A stretch of DNA of 50,145 bases from a virus (Duplodnaviria > Caudoviricetes), in the IMG/VR virus record IMGVR_UViG_3300010400_000026, positions 1-50,145 of that record; one strand, given 5' to 3'. Shown piece after piece: positions 36,370-45,658 of this stretch. The position numbers were made by a program, and so were the translations under genes. Numbering within the stretch: position 1 is the first letter of the stretch; every line of letters begins with the position of its first letter. Under the pieces are notes generated by a model that saw only the letters and a program-made list of their open reading frames with translations, did not search any database and was not told the origin of the DNA.

Positions 36370-36617
36370 GCGCGCGGAAACTCCAGGACGATTCGCTCGA
36401 TTGCGAGCTGGTGGAACAGTGCACCAAGACGCGCGGCTATCAGCTCATCAGCCTGCGCCTGAGCCACATGCTGGAGACGAAACTGCGCGACCTCCGCGGA
36501 TCGCTCGACCAGGCCGGAACCGAACGGGCTCGCGGGTACCTGGACGCGATCGAGCGGTGTCTCGAACTTCCGGAAATTCTGATGAAAGAGTTCCGGGAAA
36601 AACCCAAGAAGCGATGA
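36366..36617 (+). CDS. Small head-associated protein
   Basis: GY......RARG.L.AI...L.LP pattern seen between podophage portal and scaffold. Confidence 0.5.
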   Translation: MSARKLQDDSLDCELVEQCTKTRGYQLISLRLSHMLETKLRDLRGSLDQAGTERARGYLDAIERCLELPEILMKEFREKPKKR

Positions 36618-36964
36618 CCGCGCCCGCCTACCTCGCGACGATCCGCTGCCACTACTGCCAGCGCTTTCACCAGCACCGCGAAATCCTGCGGCTGACGGGC
36701 GGGCCGGTCATGTGCTGGAAGTGCTGGCAATGGCACGAGCACGCGCTCAAGCTACTCTCAGGCGCGATCCCGCCAGGCTGCCAGGTCTGTGGCTTGACGT
36801 TCGCCGATCTGGAGGCACGCTCGGCTGACGGCAATACACGGATGTACGTTCACATGAAAGACGGACTCTACCAGGTGCTTTGTCGTATGTGCAGCGATGC
36901 CTACACCGTGAAACGGCGCGACCTTTACGGCGCGACCGAATTCGGGCACCGGTTGAAATTGTGA
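36614..36964 (+). CDS. Double zinc-finger protein
   Basis: Four CxxC motifs. Confidence 0.6.
   Translation: MTAPAYLATIRCHYCQRFHQHREILRLTGGPVMCWKCWQWHEHALKLLSGAIPPGCQVCGLTFADLEARSADGNTRMYVHMKDGLYQVLCRMCSDAYTVKRRDLYGATEFGHRLKL
36827..36836 (+). promoter_or_regulatory. GACGGCAATA, candidate late-promoter element
   Basis: About 140 nt upstream of the scaffold/capsid genes. Confidence 0.35.
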
Positions 36965-36975
36965 GGAGCAAGTAA

Positions 36976-37860
36976 TTGCCGAAAACAGCTGGCGTAGCCG
37001 ATGACGAGCAGGTTGTCGACTCCCGACATCCCGACGATCCGGATGCCCCGAAAGCGGGCGATGGTGCGGACAAAGGCAAGCCCAAGGAAGAACCGACTGT
37101 ATCGAAAAAGGAATACGACGCGCTCAAGAAACAGAACGAGGAGCTGGCCGAATCGGAGCGCTACTGGGCCGGCCAGGCCAAGGCCCGACCGAAGCCCGAA
37201 ACGGACGATACCGACGACGAGCCGGACCAGCAGGACGATGCTGCCGGTAAGCCCGATATCACCGATGACGACACGCCGGAGAAGTTCACCGACGAGCTGT
37301 CGACCAAGGGCATGCAAGCGCTCATCAAACGCGGTGTGCTCACGCGCAAAGAGGCCGAGTCACTATTCCGCAAGGTCGCGGCTGAGGAAGCCGAAAAAGT
37401 GGTGGGCCGCGCGGTCAGGCACCTCTCGACCGATGCCCAGATGGTGCGGGAATATCCCGACCTGAACGACGCCAAATCTCCGCTATTCAAGAAAACCGGC
37501 GAAGTCTTCCAGGAGATGGTTGCCGAAGATCCCGCGCTCAAGAAATCACCAGCCGCGCTGAAGCTGGCCGCCCGCACCGCCAAGCTCCAACTCGATCTGG
37601 AATCCCGGCAAAACGGGCACGAGACGCGAGATCGGGACACCGACGACGACCGCGAGCAGTCGCGCGACCGGCAGCGGCGCATTGACGCGCAGAATGGCGA
37701 CCGCGGCCGCGGCGCACGCTCCGACATCGAGGACGAAGACCCTGGCCTGTCACCCATGCAACGCAAGTTCCTGGGCCAGATGAAGGTTTCGGAAGAAGAC
37801 TTCTCCAAATCGAAGAAGGAGCTGGGGGTCCAGACGAACGGAAACGGGAGGCGCCGGTGA
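36976..37860 (+). CDS. Head scaffolding protein
   Basis: GAGGAG plus TTG start; acidic and helical; C-terminal LS..QR...GQM.VSEEDF.K. Confidence 0.7.
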   Translation: MPKTAGVADDEQVVDSRHPDDPDAPKAGDGADKGKPKEEPTVSKKEYDALKKQNEELAESERYWAGQAKARPKPETDDTDDEPDQQDDAAGKPDITDDDTPEKFTDELSTKGMQALIKRGVLTRKEAESLFRKVAAEEAEKVVGRAVRHLSTDAQMVREYPDLNDAKSPLFKKTGEVFQEMVAEDPALKKSPAALKLAARTAKLQLDLESRQNGHETRDRDTDDDREQSRDRQRRIDAQNGDRGRGARSDIEDEDPGLSPMQRKFLGQMKVSEEDFSKSKKELGVQTNGNGRRR

Positions 37861-38522
37861 GCAAGAAGCGCATTGTGCAGGGCATCGGTGAGTCCAAGGC
37901 CTTCAACGATCTGAACGCGCCCGAAGTCGACCCGCGCCTCAAGCACTGCCACGTGGGCGGAATGCCCGTCGAGAACCTACCCGACGATGTGAAGGTCCGG
38001 CTGTTTTATCGCCAGACCGACGAAGGTATCGCCGAAGCGAACGAGGGCAAGGCCGACAGCGCCGCGCGTGTCAGCCAGGATCAGCTGGGCAAGCAGATCC
38101 AGGAGCGCCGCGATTTCCTGGAGAATAACATTCCGATGGAGCCGTGGGAGGCTCCTGATCCGCTCAAAGCCGTGGCTGACGCGCACGCGAAGCCCGGTAT
38201 GCGGCCAAAGTTTCTGAGTGAACGCCGGCTGAACAAAGAAGGCAATTTCACTCGTGGTTTCGAAGTCTGCATGGATGCCAGTGGCGATCCGGTGAAGATG
38301 GGCACGCTGGTGCTGGCCCACATGCCGGAAGAGATGGCCGAACGCCGGAACGAAACCTATCGGCGCAAGAGCGACGCTCATCTTGCAGAGGTCTATCAGA
38401 ATGCTCAGGGCGCCGGTGTGCGTCCCGAGGAACAATTGGAGAAGCAGGGGCAGACAAGGCGTGGCCGCGAGGCTCCCGAAATGTCCGAGGAATCGTACTT
38501 CCCGGTCGATTCCGCCAGATAG
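37857..38522 (+). CDS. Head-module hypothetical protein
   Basis: LVLA.MPEE.AE.R...Y motif common before the capsid gene. Confidence 0.6.
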   Translation: MSKKRIVQGIGESKAFNDLNAPEVDPRLKHCHVGGMPVENLPDDVKVRLFYRQTDEGIAEANEGKADSAARVSQDQLGKQIQERRDFLENNIPMEPWEAPDPLKAVADAHAKPGMRPKFLSERRLNKEGNFTRGFEVCMDASGDPVKMGTLVLAHMPEEMAERRNETYRRKSDAHLAEVYQNAQGAGVRPEEQLEKQGQTRRGREAPEMSEESYFPVDSAR

Positions 38523-38571
38523 TCTTCAGCGCAGTTCCGGGTAATTCAAAACCGAAAGTGAGGGCCGATCC

Positions 38572-39096
38572 ATGGCTAACGTGGATAACCCGCATGGACT
38601 GCGACCGTTGATGCGCACGCTGAGTGGTGGTGTGCCGCATGTCCAACTATTCAAAAAAGTAGTGGGATATGGAACTGCGCTTTTCATGTGGGACGCCGTC
38701 TTCCGAGTGGCTGACGGCTCAGTCGATAAATCAGGCACGCCCGGAACGACGCTTTACAGCGGCGTGAATCTGAATCATGGCGCGGCTTCGAAGGCCACCG
38801 AGCACCTGGTCATCGTTGCCCCTGACGCCGTTTTTGAGTGTCAGGACAACGCCGACACCGATGGCTTCGCCGAAGCCGACATGGGGTTGAACGTCAACCT
38901 CGAACTGAACGCCGGCAGCGCAACGTTGCTCACCAGCGGACACGAACTCGATGAGTCCACCGTCGATGTGACGAACTCACTCGACGTGCACATGCTCCAG
39001 AAATTGGATGTGCCGGATAACGATTATGGCGCTCATCTGCGCGTCGAAATCGTATTCAACAAGCACCGCATGGGGCTTGTGGCGGTGGGGGTCTAA
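38572..39096 (+). CDS. Capsid cement/decoration-like protein
   Basis: MAN.D.P.GLRP motif; immediately upstream of MCP. Confidence 0.6.
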   Translation: MANVDNPHGLRPLMRTLSGGVPHVQLFKKVVGYGTALFMWDAVFRVADGSVDKSGTPGTTLYSGVNLNHGAASKATEHLVIVAPDAVFECQDNADTDGFAEADMGLNVNLELNAGSATLLTSGHELDESTVDVTNSLDVHMLQKLDVPDNDYGAHLRVEIVFNKHRMGLVAVGV

Positions 39097-39098
39097 CC

Positions 39099-40022
39099 AT
39101 GGAAATTCGTGGAAATTTCTCCGACTTCTTCTTCGAGACGATGTTGCCCGCTCTCAACAGCGTGGTCTGGCAGAACTACAAAGCCAAGACCAAGATGGTG
39201 CCGCGTCTCTTCCAGATCGAGGGCTCCGAGCGCTCGATCGAGCAGTTCAGCCAAGTCTCCGGCGTGGGTTTGTTGGCTGAGATCCCGGAAACGGGCGAGG
39301 TCCGCACCGACCAAATGATGCAGGGATTCGACAGCTTGTTTAAACACAAGCGGTTCGGCCTCGGCATTGAAACCTCGCGCGATCTGGTCGAAGACGACAA
39401 GATCGGGCTGGTACGCCGCGGTGCGAGCGAACTCGGGCTCTCCGCGACGGAGACCCAGGAGATCGACGGCGCGAGTACGTTCAATAACGCGTTTTCCGGT
39501 TCGTTCGTCGGGCCGGATGCCGTTGCGTTGTGCTCGGCTTCGCATCCGCTGTTCAAGGTTGGGGGCGTGCAATCCAACACGCTCTCGGTTGCGGCCGATC
39601 TGGATGTCACTTCGCTCGAGCTGGCGCTCACCGATTGGGAGACGCAGCGCAAGGCGAATGGTCATCAGATCAGCCTGCCGACGCCGCGCCTGCTGGCAGC
39701 GCCGGCCAATCGCTGGAATGCTCACGAGATCCTGAAGGGCTCGTGGCGCTCCGATACCGCCAACCGCACGGTGAATGCTTTCCAGTACGGAGAGCATGGC
39801 CCGGTCGATGACATCCTGATCTGGCCGAAGCTGACCGATCCGGACGCCTGGTTTCTGGTGGCGCCGCCGGATTCGACCGGCTTGATTTGGTTCTGGCGCG
39901 TGAAGACCTATACCCGTGGTTTCTTCGATGACCGCACGGAACGCGGCGGCACCATCGTTCGCTACAAGAAGTCGCACGGGTGGTACGACTACCTGGGCGT
40001 GTACGGTTCACCCGGAGCGTAG
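39099..40022 (+). CDS. Major capsid protein (HK97 fold, Mu gpT-like)
   Basis: EDD, FNNAF, G.D.VALCSASHP, P.LTD.DAWF, D..GVYGS.GA. Confidence 0.88.
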   Translation: MEIRGNFSDFFFETMLPALNSVVWQNYKAKTKMVPRLFQIEGSERSIEQFSQVSGVGLLAEIPETGEVRTDQMMQGFDSLFKHKRFGLGIETSRDLVEDDKIGLVRRGASELGLSATETQEIDGASTFNNAFSGSFVGPDAVALCSASHPLFKVGGVQSNTLSVAADLDVTSLELALTDWETQRKANGHQISLPTPRLLAAPANRWNAHEILKGSWRSDTANRTVNAFQYGEHGPVDDILIWPKLTDPDAWFLVAPPDSTGLIWFWRVKTYTRGFFDDRTERGGTIVRYKKSHGWYDYLGVYGSPGA

Positions 40023-40101
40023 GCGCACATCGTCAACTTCGGGGATTGGGGCCGCTTCTCCCTCCCAGATGGCCGCCCCGCCTTAAAGGAGAACTAAAAC
40101 C

Positions 40102-40656
40102 ATGTCGGCAAGAGCAACGAAATTCAAAAACGTAAAGATCACCGGTGACCTGGTGGTCGATGGAAACTCGACGGTTGGCGGCGCCGGAGTTGTCTCGGGC
40201 GAGATGGATGCCAACCTGACGCTGGCGGCCACACGGACGCTGGCTGTGACCACTGCCGACAAACTGACGGTAGGCGGTAAGATCGTTCCCCAAACCTTTC
40301 TCATCACACGCAGCATCTTCGACGGCGCGACAACCGCGGCTTTCGATGGCGTGATTCCGATCCCGGTAGCCTCGAAGATCGTCAGTGTCAAGATTCGCTG
40401 GCAGACGGCTTCGGGTGCGTCGGAAACCCTGATGGTCAAGAAGGTTCCCAGCGGGACGGCCAAAGCGTCGGGCACCGATTGTCTGGCCGCGGGGATCGAC
40501 CTGACGGCGACAGCCGACACCAACGTCTCACCGGCCCTGCACGCGACTGCTGCGAACTACACATTCGCGGCGGGCGATGGGCTGGGATTCGTGGCTTCTG
40601 GCGCGCCGACGTCTCTCGATGGCGTGGGCATCACGGTCGAATTCCAGAGGGTCTAA
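40102..40656 (+). CDS. Virion structural/decoration protein
   Basis: AAGGAG RBS; beta-rich; follows MCP. Confidence 0.6.
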   Translation: MSARATKFKNVKITGDLVVDGNSTVGGAGVVSGEMDANLTLAATRTLAVTTADKLTVGGKIVPQTFLITRSIFDGATTAAFDGVIPIPVASKIVSVKIRWQTASGASETLMVKKVPSGTAKASGTDCLAAGIDLTATADTNVSPALHATAANYTFAAGDGLGFVASGAPTSLDGVGITVEFQRV

Positions 40657-41927
40657 TGCGCGGCGTAACGCTCGCGCTGGTCCTCTTTGCGGCAGGGCTC
40701 GGCCTGTCCGCCCAAACGGTGTTCAAAGGCGGGAGCACTCCCTCTGCCAGCAAATCCATTTCCATCAGCCAGGTCACTGGCCTGACCACCGAGCTCAACA
40801 AGCGGCCCGTTAAAGGCGCCGGCTATACGGCAGGCACCGCGGCGCGCATTAACTCGCTCGGCCAGATCGATTCCATCACGGGCGCGACAACCAATTGCGT
40901 GCTGGAGGACGGCACCAGCGTCGTCTGCCCTTCCGGTGGCGGCGGTTCCTCCTCTCCTTTTGTGTTCGTCGGAGTGCTGGCCAGCCTGCCAGGGACCTGC
41001 AACCAGAGCGACCTGAGTTTTGTCACCAATGCGACGCCCGGCCAACAAATCTACGAATGCAGCGCGACCAACACCTGGACCCAGCAACTGAATAGCGGCG
41101 TGGCCGGGGCCAGCATGGCGCTCGACAATTTGTCGAGCGTTTCCATTAACACGCATCTGCTCCCCGGTACCGCCTCAATCGACGTTGGGGCGTCCGGAAA
41201 TACCTTTCGTGCCGGCTACTTCAGCGGGACGGTAACGGCCACCACGTTTTCGGGCAATGCGACGACTGCCACCGCGCTCGCGGCGAATGGAACGAACTGC
41301 GCCGGCGGCACGAGCTTTGCCTTGGGCACGGACGCAACTGGAGCGGCGGAATGCGGCACGGTCCAGACCATGGTGGCCTCGGGCGCCAGCCACAAAGGCG
41401 GGCTGGTTCCTGATCCCGGTGTCACCTCCGGTACGAGTAAATTCCTACGGGAAGACGGCACATGGACCACACCAACGGGCGGCGGCTCAGTGACCAGTGT
41501 CGCTCTCGCAGTTTCGAGCGCTCCGTTCTGCATTACCGGCTCGCCCATCACCGCTTCCGGCACTCTCACGTTTGCGCCTTGTGGAACCAGCGGCGGCGTA
41601 CCGTATTTCTCGGCCTCGAACGCCATGCTGAGCACGCCGGTCCTCGCGGCGAATGGGGCTATGGTGGGCGGTGGCGCTGGCGGTGCGCCGCGCACCACAC
41701 CTGCTACGATCGATCCCTCGAGCGGCGATGTCGTCACACCTGGAACGGTCACCACGGCTACTGTCGTCGCCACGGGCGGCGCTTCGCGGCTCTATCTGGC
41801 GGCCGGCACGGCCCCAACAAACACGATCTTGAACGGTGTCACCTACGACGCCGTGATTTATTTCGACTCCGCCGACGCCAAACTGAAGATCCGCAAGCTG
41901 GCGGGCACGGTGGTCATACTCGAATGA
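40656..41927 (+). CDS. Fibre-like protein with signal peptide
   Basis: MRGVTLALVLFAAGLGLSA-Q; ISQVTGL..EL, GNATTATAL, GLVP.P...KFLREDGTW, GTSGGVPYFS. Confidence 0.7.
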   Translation: MRGVTLALVLFAAGLGLSAQTVFKGGSTPSASKSISISQVTGLTTELNKRPVKGAGYTAGTAARINSLGQIDSITGATTNCVLEDGTSVVCPSGGGGSSSPFVFVGVLASLPGTCNQSDLSFVTNATPGQQIYECSATNTWTQQLNSGVAGASMALDNLSSVSINTHLLPGTASIDVGASGNTFRAGYFSGTVTATTFSGNATTATALAANGTNCAGGTSFALGTDATGAAECGTVQTMVASGASHKGGLVPDPGVTSGTSKFLREDGTWTTPTGGGSVTSVALAVSSAPFCITGSPITASGTLTFAPCGTSGGVPYFSASNAMLSTPVLAANGAMVGGGAGGAPRTTPATIDPSSGDVVTPGTVTTATVVATGGASRLYLAAGTAPTNTILNGVTYDAVIYFDSADAKLKIRKLAGTVVILE

Positions 41928-42820
41928 CCTACGGCGAGATTCGTCTCCGCCTGACCCAGTTGTGGCCTGGGGTTTCTTTGGACCTCATCGATGGCTGGAT
42001 ACTCGACCGCTACCAGTCGATTCTGGATAAGCTCACCTGGCAGCGGCTCCAGGTCGAGCAGGTCATCACCACCAAGGACGAATACAACACCGGCACCGTC
42101 GCGGTCACGAAGGGCTCGGCAGTGCTGACGGGGACCGATACCGTCTGGGCCGAGGAGATGACCGGACGCATCATCCGGGTAGCGGTGGCGACTTCAGAGG
42201 GCATCCAATCGGTTGGGCCCACGTACTACGAATTCACATGGTCAGGCTCCGATCCGACGCTGGGCTCGCTCGATCGTGGCTGGGAAGACGAGGATGCTAC
42301 CGGGCTTTCGTATCGCATCAACCAGAACATCTATCCGCTGCCCGCCGGCACGCGGCTGATCCATGACATCCGCAACCCGCGCACGAATCTACCGCTCAAA
42401 CGCTTGTCGCTCGCGCAACTGAATGAGCTGGCCGCCGGGCGCACGGCTTACGGAGATCCGGAGCACTGGTGCCTCTACATGGATCAGAACAGCGATCCGC
42501 CCGTGCCACAGGTGGAGTTTTACCCGATTCCCACGCGCTTGCAGGGACTGATCGGCACGTTGATTTTCGAGGAAATGCCGGATGGGACCGACACCGCGGT
42601 TTCGCTGCTGCCCTGGGTTCGGCCGGCCGCGCTGATTGCCGGCGTCCAGATGGATATTGCCCGACATCTGAAGGAATGGAACTCGCTCCAGAGCCTGACG
42701 GTGCAGTACATCGAATATCTGAGCGACATGGTGCGTATGGAAGCGCAGCGCATCGGGCCCTCCAAGATGCGCCTCGAGGACCGGTTCACCCGGCATCGGC
42801 GCCGGCGATACACACGGTGA
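41924..42820 (+). CDS. Head-tail adaptor/ring-like protein 1
   Basis: Helical N-terminus, Y.LP, G.P..W, FYP.P, helical C-terminus; inserted GTV.VT.GS..TG..T.W domain. Confidence 0.55.
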   Translation: MTYGEIRLRLTQLWPGVSLDLIDGWILDRYQSILDKLTWQRLQVEQVITTKDEYNTGTVAVTKGSAVLTGTDTVWAEEMTGRIIRVAVATSEGIQSVGPTYYEFTWSGSDPTLGSLDRGWEDEDATGLSYRINQNIYPLPAGTRLIHDIRNPRTNLPLKRLSLAQLNELAAGRTAYGDPEHWCLYMDQNSDPPVPQVEFYPIPTRLQGLIGTLIFEEMPDGTDTAVSLLPWVRPAALIAGVQMDIARHLKEWNSLQSLTVQYIEYLSDMVRMEAQRIGPSKMRLEDRFTRHRRRRYTR

Positions 42821-42823
42821 GCC

Positions 42824-43567
42824 ATGGACCTCCAGACTCTTCAGACCCACACACTGGAACGGCTCGGGGAAACCGGAACATCCGGCTACTACACCGGCGC
42901 TGAAGCGATTGGCGCGCTGAATGCCGCGCAGCGGATATTCGTTCTGCTGACGCTCGCCCTCGAAAAGACCACGGTCTTTCCGCTTGCGCCGAACACGGTC
43001 TTTTACCATCTGCTCGACTCGCTGCCCGATTTCCTGTTGCCGTTGCGCATCCGCGTGACTGGCGGGGCACGCGTGAAGCCCGGACGCTTGCAGGACTTCG
43101 ATGCCCTCAATCCCACCTGGCAGCTCGCCGCGGGCAATCCGGAGCGCTATGCCTGCCTGGGCTTCGACTTCCTGGTGCTATACAAAACACCACCCGACAG
43201 CACCGTGAGCCTCGATCTCACCCATGCGTATTCACCCGCCCTGATGACGTCACTTTCAGTCACGCCGCAGATCCCCGAGGAGTATCACGCGGCGCTGATC
43301 GACTTCGCTGTGCCCTATCTGCGGATGAAAGAGGGCGCGAGCGAGTTCACGAAATCACTGTTCATGATGGATCGGTTTCTGACGGCCGCCCAAAAGATGG
43401 CGAATTTCGTGCGGGCCCGCAACCTGGCGCAGCGCTACGACCGGATGCCGTTCGCGCTGGACCGGTTCGATCGCTCGAAGCTGTTGAAGCTGGCAATTAA
43501 ACAGCAGAAGCCTGCCATGCTCGCAATCCCGCAGGCTGAAGGAAAACTGGTGCCGACCAATGGCTGA
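42824..43567 (+). CDS. Head-tail adaptor/ring-like protein 2
   Basis: YT..E....LN.AQ; W....G.P.RY; PQIPEEYH.AL.DF. Confidence 0.65.
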   Translation: MDLQTLQTHTLERLGETGTSGYYTGAEAIGALNAAQRIFVLLTLALEKTTVFPLAPNTVFYHLLDSLPDFLLPLRIRVTGGARVKPGRLQDFDALNPTWQLAAGNPERYACLGFDFLVLYKTPPDSTVSLDLTHAYSPALMTSLSVTPQIPEEYHAALIDFAVPYLRMKEGASEFTKSLFMMDRFLTAAQKMANFVRARNLAQRYDRMPFALDRFDRSKLLKLAIKQQKPAMLAIPQAEGKLVPTNG

Positions 43568-44648
43568 CAACGTAGCGTATACCCCGGGAAGTGGCGCGCA
43601 AATCGCGACCGATGGGATTGACGCTGATGGCTCGCACGCGCAGCTGGTCAAGCTCGCCATCTCGACGGACGGCTCCCGTACGCTGATTCCGGCTGAAGCA
43701 ACCAACGGCCTCGACGTTGACGTTACCCGCGTGCAGGGCGTGGTGCACGTCGATGACAATTCTGGCTCCCTCACCGTGGATGGCACGGTGGTTGTTACCT
43801 CGATCACCAATCCCGTCACCGTTGCGGATGGCGGCGGTGCAATCAGTGTGGACGATGGCGCCGGCTCGCTGACGGTCGACGGCACGGTCACCGCAAACCA
43901 GGGCGCCGGCGCGGCTGCATCCGGCTCGTGGCCGGTAAAAATCTCGGATGGCACCGACACGGTTGGCATCTCCACCGTCAGCGCGACGAAAGCGCTCAAA
44001 GTTGACGTGGTGCAGCAAACGGGTGGCGGCGCACAGGCCGACAAGAGCGCATTTGTCGAAGGCACGGGCGTAGTTGCTGTGGCTGGCGGTGTGGTCAACG
44101 ATACCATAGGCGCCGATCCAGCCGAAGATCAGGCGGCTGCCCTCCGGCTGAACCCGAAGCGCGGGCTGCACGTCAATATCCGCAAGTTGGATGGCACCGA
44201 GCTGGGCATCTCCACGGCTCCGCTCCGCGTCGATCCGACCGACACCACGGCCCAGACCGTCAAGCTGAAGGACTCGAGCGGCACGGCATTTTCGCGCAGT
44301 AATCCGCTGCCTGTCGAGATCGCACCATCAACCGGCACGGTCTGGCGCACACACAACGCCTACAGTGCCAGTCAAACCGATCAGACGATAAAAACGCCCA
44401 CGAGCGGCAAAAAGCTGTACATCCAGGGCATCATCATCACGCCCACCGCAGCAGGCATCGTCAAGATCACGGACGGCGCCGATGCAAGTACGACGTATCT
44501 GTACTTTGGAACGACGCCTGCATCGTGCCCGCCGATTGTCATCATCTTCGCGCAGCCGACGCCACTCGGCGCGGTCGACAACATTTTGCGTTACACCACA
44601 GGATCTGGTGCGACTGGCGACATCATTGCGTGGGGCAATGAAATCTAG
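43560..44648 (+). CDS. Fibre/structural protein
   Basis: MADNV...G..IATD; repeated GSLTVDGTV; SNPLPV. Confidence 0.6.
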   Translation: MADNVAYTPGSGAQIATDGIDADGSHAQLVKLAISTDGSRTLIPAEATNGLDVDVTRVQGVVHVDDNSGSLTVDGTVVVTSITNPVTVADGGGAISVDDGAGSLTVDGTVTANQGAGAAASGSWPVKISDGTDTVGISTVSATKALKVDVVQQTGGGAQADKSAFVEGTGVVAVAGGVVNDTIGADPAEDQAAALRLNPKRGLHVNIRKLDGTELGISTAPLRVDPTDTTAQTVKLKDSSGTAFSRSNPLPVEIAPSTGTVWRTHNAYSASQTDQTIKTPTSGKKLYIQGIIITPTAAGIVKITDGADASTTYLYFGTTPASCPPIVIIFAQPTPLGAVDNILRYTTGSGATGDIIAWGNEI

Positions 44649-44651
44649 CCC

Positions 44652-45299
44652 ATGCCGCTCCTGCTCATCTCAGGCGCGCCGGCCCCGCCTGGCGTCGATA
44701 TCCGGGACACCATCGGCGATGCCCTGCCAGCGCTCAACGCGGGCGCAGAAGCTGATCTGATCTTCTGGACTTTCTCGGAACTCTACGAATGGTCGGACGA
44801 AGCTGCGAAACGTCTCGCACGTAACACAGGAGGTTTCGTTGACCGGGATGCCACCACCACGCTGAGCGATAGCGTTCCGGTCTACGCGATGCCTGCGCGC
44901 CACGTCTCGACGATCCACGTTTCGGCTGGATCCACGGCGCTCAAAGAAAGCACGGTCGACGAGCTGGAAGCGCTGGATAACGACTGGCCCTCAACCGCCG
45001 CCGACAACCCGAAACGGTTCCTGCAGGATGGCGACGAGCTGCGCGTCTATCCGCAGCCGAACGGTGCCACCGCCGGCAACCTCGGCCATGTGTTTCACCG
45101 GTTCCCGGTGACGATCACCTCGGACGCCAGCATCGCAAAAGTGCCGGTGGCGCTCCGGGATTACTTCACGTTCTACGCGCTCGCGGAAGCGCGCGGCAAA
45201 GAATCGAAGGGCGCCATGCCCGAAGTCGCGCAGTACGCGCGTGGCATGGTCGAACTGCTGGAACAGGTAGCACGGGAGTTCTGGGGAGGCGCGCAGTGA
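44652..45299 (+). CDS. Head-tail adaptor/ring-like protein 3
   Basis: FWT..EL..W..EA; Y.MP; W......P.RF; VYP.P; YAL..A..KE. Confidence 0.6.
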   Translation: MPLLLISGAPAPPGVDIRDTIGDALPALNAGAEADLIFWTFSELYEWSDEAAKRLARNTGGFVDRDATTTLSDSVPVYAMPARHVSTIHVSAGSTALKESTVDELEALDNDWPSTAADNPKRFLQDGDELRVYPQPNGATAGNLGHVFHRFPVTITSDASIAKVPVALRDYFTFYALAEARGKESKGAMPEVAQYARGMVELLEQVAREFWGGAQ

Positions 45300-45658
45300 C
45301 GCTCGGCGAACAGCAGCGCCTTTTCGCGCGTCTGGTTGGAAGCCTGATCATGCGCATCTACGACCAGGGCGACGAATGCACGCTCGACTGGGCCTACCGC
45401 CCTCCGGAAGTGGCAGCGTACTACGCCTCGATTGGCCGCGGAATCCGCTCTAGTTTGCATGCATCGCACTTGGCGATTGACCTGAACCTGTTCAAGGTCG
45501 GCATCTACCAGACGGATTCCGAAGCCCACCGGCCGTACGGCGAGTGGTGGGAACAACAGCATCCCCTGTGCCGATGGGGTGGCCGATTCCTCGGCGAGGG
45601 CGGAAAGCCAAAGCCTGATGGGAATCACTATTCCATGGAGTTCCAAGGCAGAAAGTAG
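45296..45658 (+). CDS. M15-family peptidase (endolysin)
   Basis: YR, S.H...LAIDL, RWGG.F...DGNHY. Confidence 0.85.
   Translation: MTLGEQQRLFARLVGSLIMRIYDQGDECTLDWAYRPPEVAAYYASIGRGIRSSLHASHLAIDLNLFKVGIYQTDSEAHRPYGEWWEQQHPLCRWGGRFLGEGGKPKPDGNHYSMEFQGRK

Noticed and set aside
38546-38571. FliA-like TCAA-N14-GCCGAT before the cement gene
   Set aside because: It abuts the ATG, overlaps the RBS and is not repeated elsewhere.
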